Under the pieces are notes generated by a model, which worked only from the letters and a program-made list of their open reading frames with translations, had not been told where the DNA came from and did not search any database. This document shows positions 12,478 through 25,743 of a stretch of DNA of 64,000 nt, one piece after another. A program made the translations under genes and the position numbers. The stretch covers positions 1 to 64,000 of the forward strand of contig JAAPAO010000059.1 in the NCBI GenBank assembly GCA_013115145.1. The letters run 5' to 3'. Source of the stretch: Perkinsus chesapeaki ATCC PRA-425. Its lineage: Eukaryota > Protista > Perkinsozoa. Position 1 is the first letter of the stretch. Each line of letters begins with the position of its first letter.

Positions 12478-13104
12478 ATGGCGTCAGCTGAGCCGAGTCT
12501 CAGTGATGAAGGAAGCTCGAGTGGCGGGCAGTGGACTGGTGTGGAGTCGGAGGATGTGGATGAGCTTACTAGGGAGTATCGACGGAAGACGCAGGTAGAA
12601 GACTTGGGGCGGTGGTGGATAGTAGAATAGGGTGATGGCCATTGTGGAGTGTTTGATGGCTATTGTGGAGTGTTTGATGGCTATTGTGGAGTGTTTGATG
12701 GCTATTGTGGAGTTTTTGGCTGTCAATACTTTACGAAATGTTACGGAATCTCTATTGTTGAGTATTACAGTACTGTATTACGGTTATATCTGCGCGCACT
12801 CCTCGATGGGGATGAGGAGGTTATCGAGGAACATGAAGATATTCCCATAAGGAATAAACTCGTTGCTTTTACAGCTCTCGTCGCATATTATCTATGAGTG
12901 TTTCCAGCGTACATCATATAGCATACAGTATATGGATACGCTGGAATACCATATAAATGTATATCTGAATTTGTAACGCACTCCGACCCCTGAGAAACAG
13001 ATTTCCGGTAAGACATCTATCGAGGCTTGTGTGCGGAAGATATGCGACATGTCACCGCCTCCTTGCCTAAGAGGGCGGCGATGAAACTAAGTTATGCCAT
13101 ATGA
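12478..13104 (+). CDS. Small hypothetical multi-exon gene
   Basis: MASAEPSLSDEGSS...ELTREYRRKTQ|gt, then LRLYLRALLDGDEEVIEEHEDIP, then a terminal ...LPKRAAMKLSYAI*. Middle junctions are uncertain. Confidence 0.4.
12633..12716. repeat. 21-bp minisatellite x4 (GATGGCTATTGTGGAGTGTTT) inside an intron
   Basis: Direct tandem copies, which produce the repetitive IVECLMA shadow ORFs. Confidence 0.9.
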
Positions 13105-13369
13105 GATTTTATCCTTCGTCGAGTGGAGCTCGGGCATGCATAACAGTACCTCCTCCAACTGAGTACAGAGTGGACGCTGACTCGGACATAACTTAGCGGG
13201 TGGTGGCCATGATCGAGAGCCAATGAGCAACATGCACGCACACGCACGAGGCGTGCAACTCCGGAAATCTCAGTCTGGAGCGCGTGGTGGTTTACGAAAT
13301 AGCCTTCCCCCGCAGCTTCATGTCGGCTTTTCTTCATTGCACCTATAGATTTCCTTTGCGCTACATTAA

Positions 13370-16300
13370 TGCATTTATTAGGCCACCACGGACCCCTATC
13401 TAGCGTTGCTGTACCCCGACAAGGATCCATCTGAATATCCTGACCTTCCCTTGGCAGGATGCGCCATGGACTACTTGCCCACCCTCTGCGCAAACTACAC
13501 TGTCGAGCGTGTGAATGCAGAGGTAGCTCCGCATCCCTATTAGCTGAGCTCTACTGGTTGTTTAGGCGTCGGATCTTGATGTCGATATAGCGCGGACCAA
13601 TGATGAGATGGAGAGCTTGGCTGTGAACAACTACAAGGCGTTTATATCAGCGGCTAAGGTGGCATCAAGAGGGGAAGGCGGCGAGGGGGCGCTAGGTTAT
13701 GTAGGTGCTCCGTCGGGTTGATAAGGATATGGACAAGGCTCGGGAAGACCTGTCGGGGATCGGGGAAGACTTGGGACCGCTACAGGTGGGGCTGCGCTTG
13801 GAATAAGATGGATTAGTTTTAAGGTTGCTATCGTTTTCAGAGTTCCCTTAATACACTACGGACCAGCCGATCGAAGGAATTGAAAGCTAAGAGAGCTGCT
13901 CTACGGCAGGTTACAGGGCACAGCGGGATACATGAGCTCCTGGAGTTACCGGCCTTGATAGATGCTACGGTAATATCCTTACGTTTATGCGGGTTTAACA
14001 ACATGCAAGTAGGCATCTAACCCTGGTGAACCTAGTCCTTGAAACTTTGGACTTAACTTTACCGTTGGTCATTTACAACTCTGCCCCGCTTCTATACTAG
14101 ATACCTCTGAGATGAGGAATGATTATTAATGATAGAGAAAACATTACGGGGTGTTTGTTCTACTATTTCATCTACCTGTGAATGCTCGCTTGGAGGGAGG
14201 TCATTTTGGTAGTATATTGTCTTGGCAGATACGCAACAAACTGTACATGGAAGCCCTTGAGCTCCTTAGCTTTGCTGATCGGACGCTCAGGGCCCTCACT
14301 GTAGAGAGTGTAGGATCATCGTCTTCATCGGAGGATGAAGCCGGTAGGCAAGGTGGTGGAGTACCGAGTATAGTTGTGACGCTGAAAGGGCAGGTGGAGA
14401 CACAGAGTAAGCACTGGGATCATCGAAGTTCGTAGAGATGTGTAGTATTACGTAGTGTGCTGCCCCCAGACTGGAGGCTCCAGTTGCTTTGAGTTTCGTC
14501 AGAAAGGAAACTCCTCGTTGGTAGTTGTCGTACTTTGAAAATCGTTATCTTGAATGTAAGGGCTCCTGTCTGCAGCTCTACGATAACAAACAGGAACTCT
14601 TCGTTTGTATTGGAACGGTGGCTTCCTTGTACGTAGAGCGATGGCTGCTGGGACGTGGTTAAGAGCTGCTGTTTTCGCGTTCCTCAGGATCGCATCTGCT
14701 ATCCTCCTTAACATCCCAACTAGCCTCGCCACAACTTCATTTGCCCCAAGCAGTGCCAGTTGTGAACCATCTTCGCCGAGTACTACAGTCCAGCCCCGCC
14801 GGCAGCCAGTCTTGCCAGCTCTATGCCTAGGTCCTTCCTACACTCTTGCGCGGTGGCTCGTCCGAACAGGTGGAGATGATCATTCGCGTGGCGTTCCTAA
14901 CTCAGAGGTCCTCGGATCCATCGGACCTCTCATCAACGGTGCGCCTTAGGTGTCAGTACGCGGATCAACAGAAGGACAGCATTGAGGCTCAAGCAAACTC
15001 GACAACAGGGGCCACACTACTGTAAGGTCGTGAGGTCTCGTTCGGTGATGCTAGCCGCTCAATACTTTCAGTCACTCTGTATCTCACCTTGCTGACAACA
15101 CCTTTGTTCATTCTCAGGAGCTCACTGCGTGCTGGGTCAGATCTCCTCCGGTCCTATGTGTTCGATACAGCAATGCAGTATCGGTCATTGTTCAGTCCTC
15201 CAAAGGGCGAAGTGGATCCCCTCGCCGTGTGGATGAGCACTCAAGTCAGCACCTGGTTTATTATCAGTAGCACCTATGCATCGTGCCTTAGGTCTCATGG
15301 TTCGTCTCTATGGTATCAGCATCTGTTGCCGTACCCCAGGACCCTTCAGAGGAGTTGCCATTTGATGCGTCACAATTGGCGTCTCTCTATAGGTAGGCAA
15401 TGTCTCCCGTGTTCATGTCTTTGCTTTTCAAAAGTGAGAGGGCTGAGATCGCGAAGCTCCTTAGTCTAATGTGTAAACGGTGTGACCCGTATTTATAACT
15501 GTTACTAGTGTACCACTGGGAACTTACGAACCTGCATACCTCAGATACTGCTCTAATGCCTCTACCACCCTGGCTCGCGTATCTTGTGCGTTCATGCCTC
15601 TTGTGGAGCCTTTGCTTGATGCATACTTGCAGCATTTTATCTGCACAGTATGTCTCGATGAAATAGCAATGGACGACTTCACCTCCGAAATGGACAAGTG
15701 GGCATGCACATTCCCTCTTTTTGCATTTAATCTCTTTCCCACCGTTCGTCTATTACGCTTTCAGATACCATTGGGTGCCGTCTACTGCCTTGATTCAAGG
15801 TCCGGAGGATTACAACCTCACCGATGTAGCTGACAGAAGTTCTCTCATCATTTATCTCACACGGCATCGTCCCTTGGCTGTATTCTTTAACGATGTTACA
15901 GTAGCCATGAACGAGCTCAGACAGTGTCCTGCCTTACATCTTGCCGAGCCTGTGGCCAAGTGAGTCACCGAGTCATTACGGCTTGCCCCATTAGTCTTAC
16001 CAGTAAATCCTTATGTATATAAAACCTTCTCCTTCGGCCCCTAGCTATGGAGCCGCCTTTCGCCAAGGGCGCCGTACCACAGATCTGTCCTGTCTCCCCT
16101 TGTTACGCCACTGTTCAGCAATGCACCATTGTACACTCGTCCGGGAAACCCGTCTATGTTGTATTTATGTGTCATCCCTTGTCTCCTTCAGATCCCTGCA
16201 AGGCTGCCTTGACAGCGTGGCTAAAGTTTTGAGTGATGCTTCTGGTAAGGTCAGTCCGGTGGAGCAGGAAGGTGGGCCAGTTGGTTGCTTGACTACCCAA

Positions 16301-16592
16301 CGCAGCTTTTCAGAGCTTCAACGAATGGAACGGAATTTCGTCGAGATTGTCATTCCTGTGGTATCACAGATGTACTCGAAGATCTTTGGAGAAGCTGCAA
16401 GGAGCTTTGTGTCAATGCTAGCTGAGGTAGACGGCGACCATGTCAGGATTCAGGTTAACCTTTTCGGTCGTGCAGGTTGCGCAGGAGTTGCAGGTGGGGG
16501 ATAGCGATGCGTCTAATGGCGTCCCACCGCCAATGGCAAACTCCGAGCTAATGCTAGCTGAGGGGAACGGTTGCGAGACAACGACTGACTAG
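13370..16592 (+). CDS. COG8: Conserved oligomeric Golgi complex subunit 8 (Dor1 family), multi-exon; start approximate
   Basis: EMESLAVNNYKAFI, ELLELPALID, YMEALELL and LHLPQAVPVVNHLRR match Dor1/COG8 hallmarks. Stop at 16590-16592. Confidence 0.8.
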
Positions 16593-16741
16593 CGCTTTTC
16601 AACTGTATGATGTTATGATACTTTTTTGTGACACTTGTCTCCATTGTGCTATTCGTTGTTTTTAGCAGTGGGACGTTCCTTTAAAGCCGCAGTTGATACA
16701 TCTGTGCAGCATTTTGTTTCTGTTATCTGATTAAATACTAT

Positions 16742-18094
16742 ATGTCTCACGATCACGAAGCTCAACACACCATTATTGTAGGAGCAGTGACAGCCGCGGT
16801 AAGTCCCAGTGAATTTTGCTAGTGACATCGGCAATGGTGTGCCGTGATTAGGTAGTCGGCGTCACGGCCTTGGCAGCCCGAAGATGGTACAAAAACTCAC
16901 ACATCGCCCTCAAGAAGGGGAGGTCTTTCAATGCAATGTTGATTGACAAGAGTAAGCCTTGCTGCAGTCTGGATGTAGCTTTGTTCATGTTATCGTCTGT
17001 TAGCCGATGTCAGCCACGATGTTCGTCGACTAACTTTCGCCCTCCCCCACCAGAACGATATATTGGGTTTGCCCATTGGACATCATGTGAAGCTCACTGC
17101 AGACATGCCCAATCCTAGGACCGGTACGCCTTCATTTCTCTGCCATTCGCATCCAGATCTCTTTCCAGGATTGGCTCCCGTTGAGACGGTATCGAGGCCC
17201 TACACCCCTGTAACCCTAGATGACCGTCATGGATCCTTCCAGTTGGTAAGCTGCGCAGTAAAGTGGTTACAGTTTTGGTGATTGCCGCTGTAGGTTGTGA
17301 AAATCTATCCAAGTGGACAGGATGAGCGTCACCCGGATGGCGGTTGGATGTCTCAGTATCTCGACAAGATGGTGCCTGGTGTGGACTCGATTAACGTCAT
17401 GGGTGAGTTAGCAATTTCTCGATTGCATTGTTTGGAGTTTCCACATTCAAGGTCCTGTCGGCCGTCTCACCTATAAGGGCCATGGAATCTTCGATATTGT
17501 TCGAAGCGAGTGTCAAAGCTGCAACGGTATCAAGAACCTCGGTATGGTCGCCGGAGGTAAGTATTAACGTGGCAAATGTACTGTTATATGGTTTTTGCAC
17601 TAGGCACTGGTATCACGCCCCACTACCAGATCATCCAGTATGTTCTCAAGAATAAGGTACGGGCGATGTTTTTATTCGAATGGGATCTTTTTTCTTTAGG
17701 ATGAGCTGAACATGTCCTTGTTGTGCGCCAACAGGACGCCAGATGATGTCCTTCTAGGCCCTGAGCTGGCAATGCTCGCGGATCAGCACCCATCCCAACT
17801 TAAGGTAGAGTTTGCTTAGATCGCGTAGTGAAGTAAGTTGGTATACTTTAGGTTCATCACACTGTTGATGATGCTTCTAAGAACCCGAGCTGGAGCGGAT
17901 ATGTCGGACGCGTGACCAAGGAAATGCTTCAGGAGACCATGCCGAAGCCTGGTAGGCTAAAGTGTACAAGTGGAGTTCACTAGGATTCTGCGTTAGGTCC
18001 GGATACTCTGATCATGCTGTGCGGTCCCAAGCCTATGAACGAGGCTGCCAAGGGTCTGCTCAAGGAGCTTGGTTATGAGAAGATCTACTATTAA
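16742..18094 (+). CDS. NADH-cytochrome b5 reductase with an N-terminal membrane anchor, multi-exon
   Basis: LGLPIGHHV, SRPYTPVT, KIYP...GGWMSQYL, GMVAGGTGITP, LLCANRT.DD.LL and MLCGPKPM are FAD/NADH-binding motifs. Confidence 0.93.
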
Positions 18095-18807
18095 ACTTTT
18101 ACGACGATATGATGATGAAGAGCATCGGCAATTTACTGCCTGTATGTGGGAGGATCATTCGTATAGTCGACAGAATTTTTTATTCACTGCGGATTACTCC
18201 CTAGAAGCTATTGTAGACCTTCCTGTATATCCTTACTGGGGGAAGAACAGTCTGATTTATTAGAATCTAAGCAGTGTTGTTGAGTTTGTAAATCGTAGTG
18301 AGAGGCACAACTTGGCTTCAGAGCTATCCCAAAGACCAGTTGAGCGAGATGGAATACGTCGCAGAGTTGTAACTGTAGATTTTAGTACCTCCAGCAAGTA
18401 CGTGAGAATTTTCCCGCGATGCTGTTGTCATTACCACCCTCCTCGAGACTGTATGGGTGGTCGTTCTGTGTCGCTTTATGAATATTACAGCCTCGACCAC
18501 CGTACTCTCATGTGAACGGCGCCGCAGCTGGGTGGTACACTACCTCGCTCACTGAAAACTCTAGCTCACTTTCTTCGAACGTCTGCGAGGCGATGGTGTA
18601 TCTCTAGCGCATGCTAGCCTATATCTCATTGGGACATCGCGGGAACTTGCGGAACTTATATCTTAGCGCTCAAGCTTGGCTTTAAAGCCACCCGAGCTAG
18701 TATAATATAACATTGTAATGAACAACAACAATCACTTGATCCCCCTTCTTGTGCCTCCTATAGTTAAACTCTCATTTTAGCTTTTGCATATTTTTAACTC
18801 TGTGATA

Positions 18808-20643
18808 ATGGCCGGTTTTGCTTTATCGTTGTTGGCAAGCACTGTCCTCGGTGCAACTGCTAGTGTGAACATGAACGAGGTTATCTCCACTGGCGGTGGC
18901 TTCGGAAGCCTCGATAGCAATAAATCCGTACAGGAAGCTATCGTGACTCTCAAGGATGGTGTGTTCGACGTGAAGGAGATGCCCCGTGACACTCCTCTAG
19001 CTGTCGCCTCCGGCCTCTACACGGACACTCTATTCGAACTTGGCTGGGATCAGCTCCAGTTGGACGCTGGTTCTGATTATTACTCTGAGAAGGACAGAAT
19101 GTATGCCATGGGTATGTTGGAGTCCTACTTCATCCATGACCGCATCTATCAATTCTGGGAGAACTTTGATCATAATGATCTTGAGGGCAGCCCAGCTGGT
19201 GTGAAGCAGTGGTTCAAGGACCAGTGGGAGTATGTGAAGATCATGACACAGACTAGCAACGAGACTTTCTGGCAGAACATGGCTCTCATCGAGGCTCAGA
19301 CTGAAGGTTACATTGACGGTTATCAGAAATTCCACTCTGAAGGCCAAGATATCGATCCTCTGGATATGTACATCCTCCAGTCATGGGGCGATCTCGGCGA
19401 TGTACAGGAAGGTTTCCGTGCTGCTGCTGAAGAACCAGCTGAAGATCTCGCCACAGCCCCCGATGCCGATGCTGACTTCGAGGCCGGTCCCGGTACCTTG
19501 AGCCACGGAAGTTGCACGACTGTGATTCGTCTCATGGATAACGGCGAGATTGCCCTTGCTCATAATACATGGCGTAGCTATGAGGGGTTCATTCGTGTTT
19601 TCAAGAGGAACACCTACCCTAATGGCCTCACTGTAACCATGAGCAGCACTCCTGGTCTTCTCCATAGTAAGGATGACTTCTATGTTCAAGAGAACGGTAA
19701 CCTAATTGCTGCTGAGACAACTAACAGTATGTACGACCAGAAGGTTGCTGCCACTCTAGCTAATGACCCCGATGCTCGTCATGTCTGTCTCTCGTGGCAA
19801 CGTGTTATGTCCTCCATTATCTTCTCCACTACTGCTCCCGAGTTCGTAGACAGCTTCGTGGAGCAGGCCAACTCTGGTACCTATAACAACCAGTGGATGG
19901 TCGTCGATGTGAACCGTCATCATCAGGGTGCTACTGATGAAGTTGCTATGATTGTCGAGCAGTCCATCGGTTATTCTCATAAGGGTGATGTCTCAAGCGT
20001 CCTTCTCGACAGGGGTTACTGGAAGTCCTACAATATTCCCTACTTCCCCGATGTCTACGAGCAGATGGGCTACAATGATTCTGATAAGCAGAGCAGTTAC
20101 CACCAGTGCGCCCGTAGCGAGATCAGTAATCGTGACGGTCCTCATCTGGCTAACTTGGAGGATGTTATGTCCTTCTCGAGGTACAACGAGTATCTTACCG
20201 ATCCTATCTCTGAGGGTTGTGCCCGACTCTCTATTGCTTCCCGTTATGATCTGAGTAATCAGGCTAAGTGTGGTGCGGGTGCAGGCCCACAGGCCTTCGG
20301 TGCCATTGACGCAAAAGTTGTCGCCTCCGATGACCTCACCACCGTCCATGCTATCTCCGGTCCCACCAACGATCCCGAGAACGGTATTCCTGTTTTCCAG
20401 TGGTCAACTTCTCCCGTTAACGATATGATCAAGCATGTTGGTATGCCTGATCGTTATGACTTCCCTTGGGTGAGGTTCAACGGTGAGAGTTGGTCGCTGA
20501 AGTCTCTGGACGACTCGGCATGCGATCACGCAGACCATGTTCGTATAACTCCTAAGGAGTCTACTACCACGCTACCAGCTACAACTACAACACCTACGAC
20601 TACCACCACCAGCAGCAGCAGCAGCTTCCGTGGAAGTAACTAA
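18808..20643 (+). CDS. Phospholipase B-like (PLBD/Ntn-hydrolase) secreted or lysosomal protein, intronless
   Basis: Signal peptide MAGFALSLLASTVLG. GSCT autoprocessing site, AHNTW, SKDDFY, NSGTYNNQWMVVD, YWKSYNIPYF, IASRYDL, GAIDAKV and SGPT. C-terminal Thr/Ser tail. Confidence 0.93.
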   Translation: MAGFALSLLASTVLGATASVNMNEVISTGGGFGSLDSNKSVQEAIVTLKDGVFDVKEMPRDTPLAVASGLYTDTLFELGWDQLQLDAGSDYYSEKDRMYAMGMLESYFIHDRIYQFWENFDHNDLEGSPAGVKQWFKDQWEYVKIMTQTSNETFWQNMALIEAQTEGYIDGYQKFHSEGQDIDPLDMYILQSWGDLGDVQEGFRAAAEEPAEDLATAPDADADFEAGPGTLSHGSCTTVIRLMDNGEIALAHNTWRSYEGFIRVFKRNTYPNGLTVTMSSTPGLLHSKDDFYVQENGNLIAAETTNSMYDQKVAATLANDPDARHVCLSWQRVMSSIIFSTTAPEFVDSFVEQANSGTYNNQWMVVDVNRHHQGATDEVAMIVEQSIGYSHKGDVSSVLLDRGYWKSYNIPYFPDVYEQMGYNDSDKQSSYHQCARSEISNRDGPHLANLEDVMSFSRYNEYLTDPISEGCARLSIASRYDLSNQAKCGAGAGPQAFGAIDAKVVASDDLTTVHAISGPTNDPENGIPVFQWSTSPVNDMIKHVGMPDRYDFPWVRFNGESWSLKSLDDSACDHADHVRITPKESTTTLPATTTTPTTTTTSSSSSFRGSN

Positions 20644-20899
20644 TTCATCGTCTCTATTTAGCGCACTCTAGCGCCTTGCTCTAATGAGCTCGTTTTTCTA
20701 TATCTCCTGTCACGAGCAAGTTGTGCCGTAGATGACGCACCAGTTCTGTTTTAACTTTAGTGTTGTCCCCCGTTGGGGACGTTTAACCTACCACTCGTTG
20801 ACTGAATACCTTATGACTTGCGTTTCCGTAGTCTTTCCGTTGTCGGCTTATGCTTACGTAGCCTGCCTGAAGCAGCCGGTAGTACCAACACAACATTCG

Positions 20900-22512
20900 A
20901 GCAGGGATACACGATGGTAAAGGCATGTTTAGTCTAGTTTCGCGTTGGTGCCTGCCGCGGTTGCTGCCTGAAAACTCTCGAGAGTAGAGACGAGGGAAGG
21001 TTTCAATCACCTGTTCATTTTCCCTTTTACGATTGTCCCTGGTAGGCCATCGCCTCTTATGGTGGACAGTTGGTGCACGTCGGCGCTCAAGTGTCATCCA
21101 CAATACGATGCACGCAACGAAAAGGATGAATCCAGCCGCCGCGTATCTTGCAAAGATTAGCATGTCGAACTGCGGTAGCTCTGGATCGAATCAACGGTCC
21201 TTGTGATGCAATTATAGAGTCGGAGACATCATCAATTCATCACGTTCCATTTATACGTGATGCTACGAAGCGGGCACTTTCTGACATCATAGCTGCAAGC
21301 GTCCTTCCTCGACGAGCTGCCTCGTCATGGGTATGTTTATCCGGAGCCCCGCCCGTGTGCTGGTTCAACCTGATACGCTACAGTGCTTAGCAACTGTGAC
21401 AAAAGCCTACTGTTCCCCAGCAGACTCTTTGCTAAGGGCGCTCCCTTCGTTGCTAGCTGCGGGCTTTCCAACGGCGTCTTCTCTTTCGCATATCGTCGAG
21501 ACCGCCAGAATCTGTCAAATCTAGCTTGACAGTGTGGGCCACACATGTCGGGAAGGTGCGCGGCACCCAAGGCTCACAGAGTGTTTTTTGTTGTGGTTTA
21601 TTGATACACTCGTGAGCTGCGCCTCGGACAGCGTTACACGACTTAGAAGAGTTTCAACGATTGTCTTGGCTTCCAACCCAATCTCGCACGTATGGTCGTC
21701 CTTGCCGCCCGCAGACGTACCTACGATGCGCAACGTTCCGGTGACCAACTATCCACTGACCGAGTATACCGCAAGATCCCTGGAAAGCTGCGCAGAATGC
21801 AGTAGGCAGCACGACTTCGTGACCACCATTAGGAACCTGATGAATCAGGAAAGATGGTTTGGGACGGACTGCGTCTCTACAGGCTCGATGATATCAGGGC
21901 TGCACACAACACCGCAGAGTAAGGCTTGCATGTTCTCTCGGCATCCTGGACATTGCCCCAGCTTCGATGATGGAGCATCTTGAACGAAAGCTAGGGCGTG
22001 GGTCAACCTGATGGCGCATGTTGCCGACTGAGTTGTGGACAATTAGCCTACACCTCGTCCACGGCGATGAGCTGACGGTCAGTGCAGCAGACTCCTTTGG
22101 TCCAGAAGGAACATGGGCCATCGGAGACTTTGCCGGGTCCAACAGGCCGGTCGCTGGGGATACCGCCAGTGAGAGGGCATCGGGGAGGTGAGTGGGGTGA
22201 GTGTCTGCGAAGGGGGCAATTCCATACCCGTGCGATGTGCTGAATACTCGGCGACAGACTTCACTAGCGACACGCTCTCCTCCAGATCGATCGGGTCCAA
22301 TGGGGCTGATGCGTCCTGGCATGCAAGGCCTTAGGCGTCCACGCATGAACTGAGGCTACCAGCTGAACCAAGCTGATACTTTCATCGGTTATTTGAGCCC
22401 AGCCTTCAGATACCCACGTCTGGTGATGAGAGCGAGAAGCCAGACCAGAGTCGTCTAGGCCGTCCAGAGCCTGTACGACAGTCAGGGCGGTGAGAAGAGC
22501 GGTCACTCTCAT
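20900..22512 (-). CDS. Hypothetical type-I membrane protein, multi-exon; internal exons unresolved
   Basis: Signal-peptide-like MRVTALLTALTVVQA at 22512. C-terminal hydrophobic AAAGFILFVACIVLWMTL followed by basic ERRR near 21090-21150. Confidence 0.45.
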
Positions 22513-22654
22513 TCGAATTGGCCTGCTTAGCACTCCAACCGATCTGATGACCAGTTCGCCAGCTCTCAAGACTGACACTATGAACACGACCGCGGCAAAA
22601 AATGAAACGAGGGTGATTCATCAAAGACACATTGATGGGTGGATTGAAAGGTGT

Positions 22655-25600
22655 TTAAGCTTTGAGGCCCTTCATCTCGAGGAACGCCTCCTGGTTAGGC
22701 TCGCGGCCAAGGAACTCCTTAAGCATCTCAGATGCGTCAACGGAGCCACCGCGAGACAGGATGGTCCTGATGAAAAAACATTTTACTGTGACGCCATGAC
22801 ACTGCCAATTACTTCCTGTACTCCATGCCGGTTTCGGGGTTGAGGAGGTTGCCGGGCTTCTTGAATTTGGTCAAAAACAGATCATCAGCGAAGACCTCAG
22901 CCCACAGATACGAGTAGTATCTGATGGTGACATCGTTCCTTTGCCGAACCATTCGGTTGCCTTACTTGGCATCGTAGCCACACATATGTCCGAAGGTAGC
23001 AGGGAAGTGGCTGCCGTCTTGCTGTTTCACACCCATGGTCTGCAGGGAGATGTTGTTGAAGGTGCTAGTGATGTCACTTGGAGGGTTCACTGACATTATC
23101 AAACTAGACCAACACGCCAAGGTTCGAAAGCCACTGCTGCACCTCCGTGAATAGTCTGATCGAAGTTGTCGAAGACCAACTGTCTCTGGGTGTTGATGCC
23201 CTCGTTGGCATCACGGGACTTGATGAGCTTCTCAATCAGGTCATCCGGGAGGGGCTCATGTGTCTTGTAATGGCATGACAGCTTCTTCAAGATCTGACCA
23301 CACCAACACCGCGATGCACCGGACAGCCTCCACGAACGACCCTCCTCCCTACGTCCTTCTCCCAGCACCAGTTCTCAAGCATTTGGGAGGGGCACTCTAC
23401 GAAGTCTTGCTCAACACTGGTACCTGCATAGGAGGATGTCCGGACACCACATGGCGCCGCCGCGGACTCACCAGCGAACTCGGCAAACTCAACGTTCTCG
23501 GCGCAGATGTGGTGCATGCAGTGGCCGAACTCATGGAAGAATGTGACGACCTAAAGGCAATGGGCTGTGGTTGACGACTTGGGGACGAGGTCGTACCTCA
23601 TCATGGGTGAGTAGGGAGGGCTTGGTGGGAGTGGACTTAGTGAAGTTGCAGACCAATGAGCACACACCGTAGCTCCTCTTGCCCTTATAAAGCACGTTGG
23701 GCTGCAAAGGGAAGAGGGCAGCATGAGAGTACCTATCGGAGGAGAACGACAGTGTGAGGGATATGTTCGGTGGGACTCGGTTAGTGTTACTTTCCCTCTC
23801 TAGGGAACATGTCCATATAGCAGTAACCGAGGAAATGGTTATCACCGGCATCGTTGACGGCAAGGCAGACGACATCCTCGTGCCACACAGGCTGGTCTGT
23901 AACCTAAACGACAGGTGATTGGATCGAACCCTCGACAAGCTCACAACCCCCGGAGTACCCTGGTGAACTTGAGACCAAGAATCTTTTCATAGAGCTCCAA
24001 AAGAGTCTTCAAAACATGCTCGAACGGGAAGTACTCTTGAATGAGAAGTTGATCTGAAACGGTCATCAGAATAGCACAATGGTCAACGGTCTTACCAACT
24101 GAGTAGTTCCTCTCTTCCACTAGGTTCCTGTAATAGCTCAGATCATACGAGTCCAGGGGCGTCTCCAGTGTGGAGTCCTGAGCCGCCGATATGCGAAGGC
24201 TGAGACCAACGGTAAAGCTTACAGTGTCCTCGTTGCGCAGTTCCTTCAGAAGCTTCATGTCGCTCTCACCGCGGGGCCTGAGAGTAAGCCGTGAGGTTGG
24301 CGCAGAACTGGATGAGCACGTACTTGACCTTGTCCTCGATGCCATGGAGGAAGTCCAAGACAGTAGGGGCATTCTTGGCCATCTTCATCTCGGTGGCAAA
24401 GTCAGCGTGGGAGGGGAAGCCGAGGATGCCAGCCTGATGATGATAAGGTACCATTACACCACATATTGCTGCATCCTCCCTCCTCCTTACCCTGTCCTTG
24501 CGGAGCTTCACCAGCTCTGTGAGAATCTCAGTGTTATCATCAGCACAACGATTGTTGAAGGCACTAAACGAGCATGCTTGATGACTGCCGCTGCCGCCCA
24601 GCTCCCTTTGGTGGCTTACAAGTCCATCTTTCTTCTAGTATCACGGTTCTTGCATTTCTTAGCAATGGGGACATAGTGGGGATATTTCAAGGTCACCTAT
24701 GGACAAGTGGTGGCACCGCGGCTGGCCATGCTGACTAGTACCTTGTATTTGCCAGAGTCTGTTTTCTCGAGTGTCTCCAAGAAATCATCGGACATGCCGT
24801 CTAGCTCCTCCTTGGTGAACTCCAATACCTGATTTACTTTCATTTCATCACATGACGTTACATTCGGCGACCCTAGCGTGGTGACGGAAACGCATGGGGA
24901 TCCCTATTACAGTGTTCTCCTCTCCAAGGTTCTTGCTGAACTTGATGGACAACTCGGACATCCTCTTCTTCATCTTCTCGATCTCATCTCTGGAGGCCTC
25001 GTCCAAATGAAGACCATTGCGGCGACCTTCCTTAATGGAGCGGTCAAGCAATCTATGATAACGCAACGGTCTCTAAAGGGACTACCGGCAGTAGTACCTT
25101 TCGGCTTCAGCGTCCATTTCAGGGTGCTGCTCTTGGAGAGCAACGAGGACGTCAAATACATCCTTCCGCATGGACATCTCGACAAGATGCTCCGAAAGTT
25201 TCTGAGAAAGGCCGGTGAACATATAGAAGGGCAAGTTGAGGGCCTCACCTGGTCGGCCTCGGAGCTGGCCTCTCTGACGTCCTTATCAGGTGAGACGTTT
25301 TGAAGGAACTCCATTGAGCTATAACGAGGGTAAAAGTCAACCCAGAACTCATTAGGAACACCGAGGACATTTTCCACGGAGATGTCGGAACCTGTAGAGG
25401 GGTGTGCCGTCTGGCAGGGGGAGGGAGCTAGATGGTACCCTTCAAGGAGGCCAGGCGATCGTGCATGGCTTTGGACTCTTTGATGAGCTCGGTGGTCTGG
25501 GACTTTATATCGTCCACGGTGAGATTGAAGTTCAACTTGTTGAGAGGAGCGCTAAGGAATGAATGACAGTACATTTTGTTTGGGAAGGGTACTCGGAGGC

Positions 25601-25743
25601 CGCTGTCGGGGACACTGGCCTGTCCAACAGAGCCCACAGTAATGCTAATAACGCTACAGTCAGCGAGATGAAGCCACACCGACCCAGACTGAGACCATTA
25701 GGCCTCTCTGTCACGTGCCCTATGGTGCTGCTTACCTGCTCAT
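22655..25743 (-). CDS. Thimet oligopeptidase/neurolysin (peptidase M3A), multi-exon
   Basis: [25 protein letters not shown] zinc motif, [35 protein letters not shown], and the C-terminal [28 protein letters not shown]. Confidence 0.95.

Noticed and set aside
22490-22843. Plus-strand ORF resembling a PP2A-family N-terminus ([10 protein letters not shown]...KELL)
   Set aside because: It is antisense to the last exons of thimet oligopeptidase and has no phosphatase catalytic motifs.
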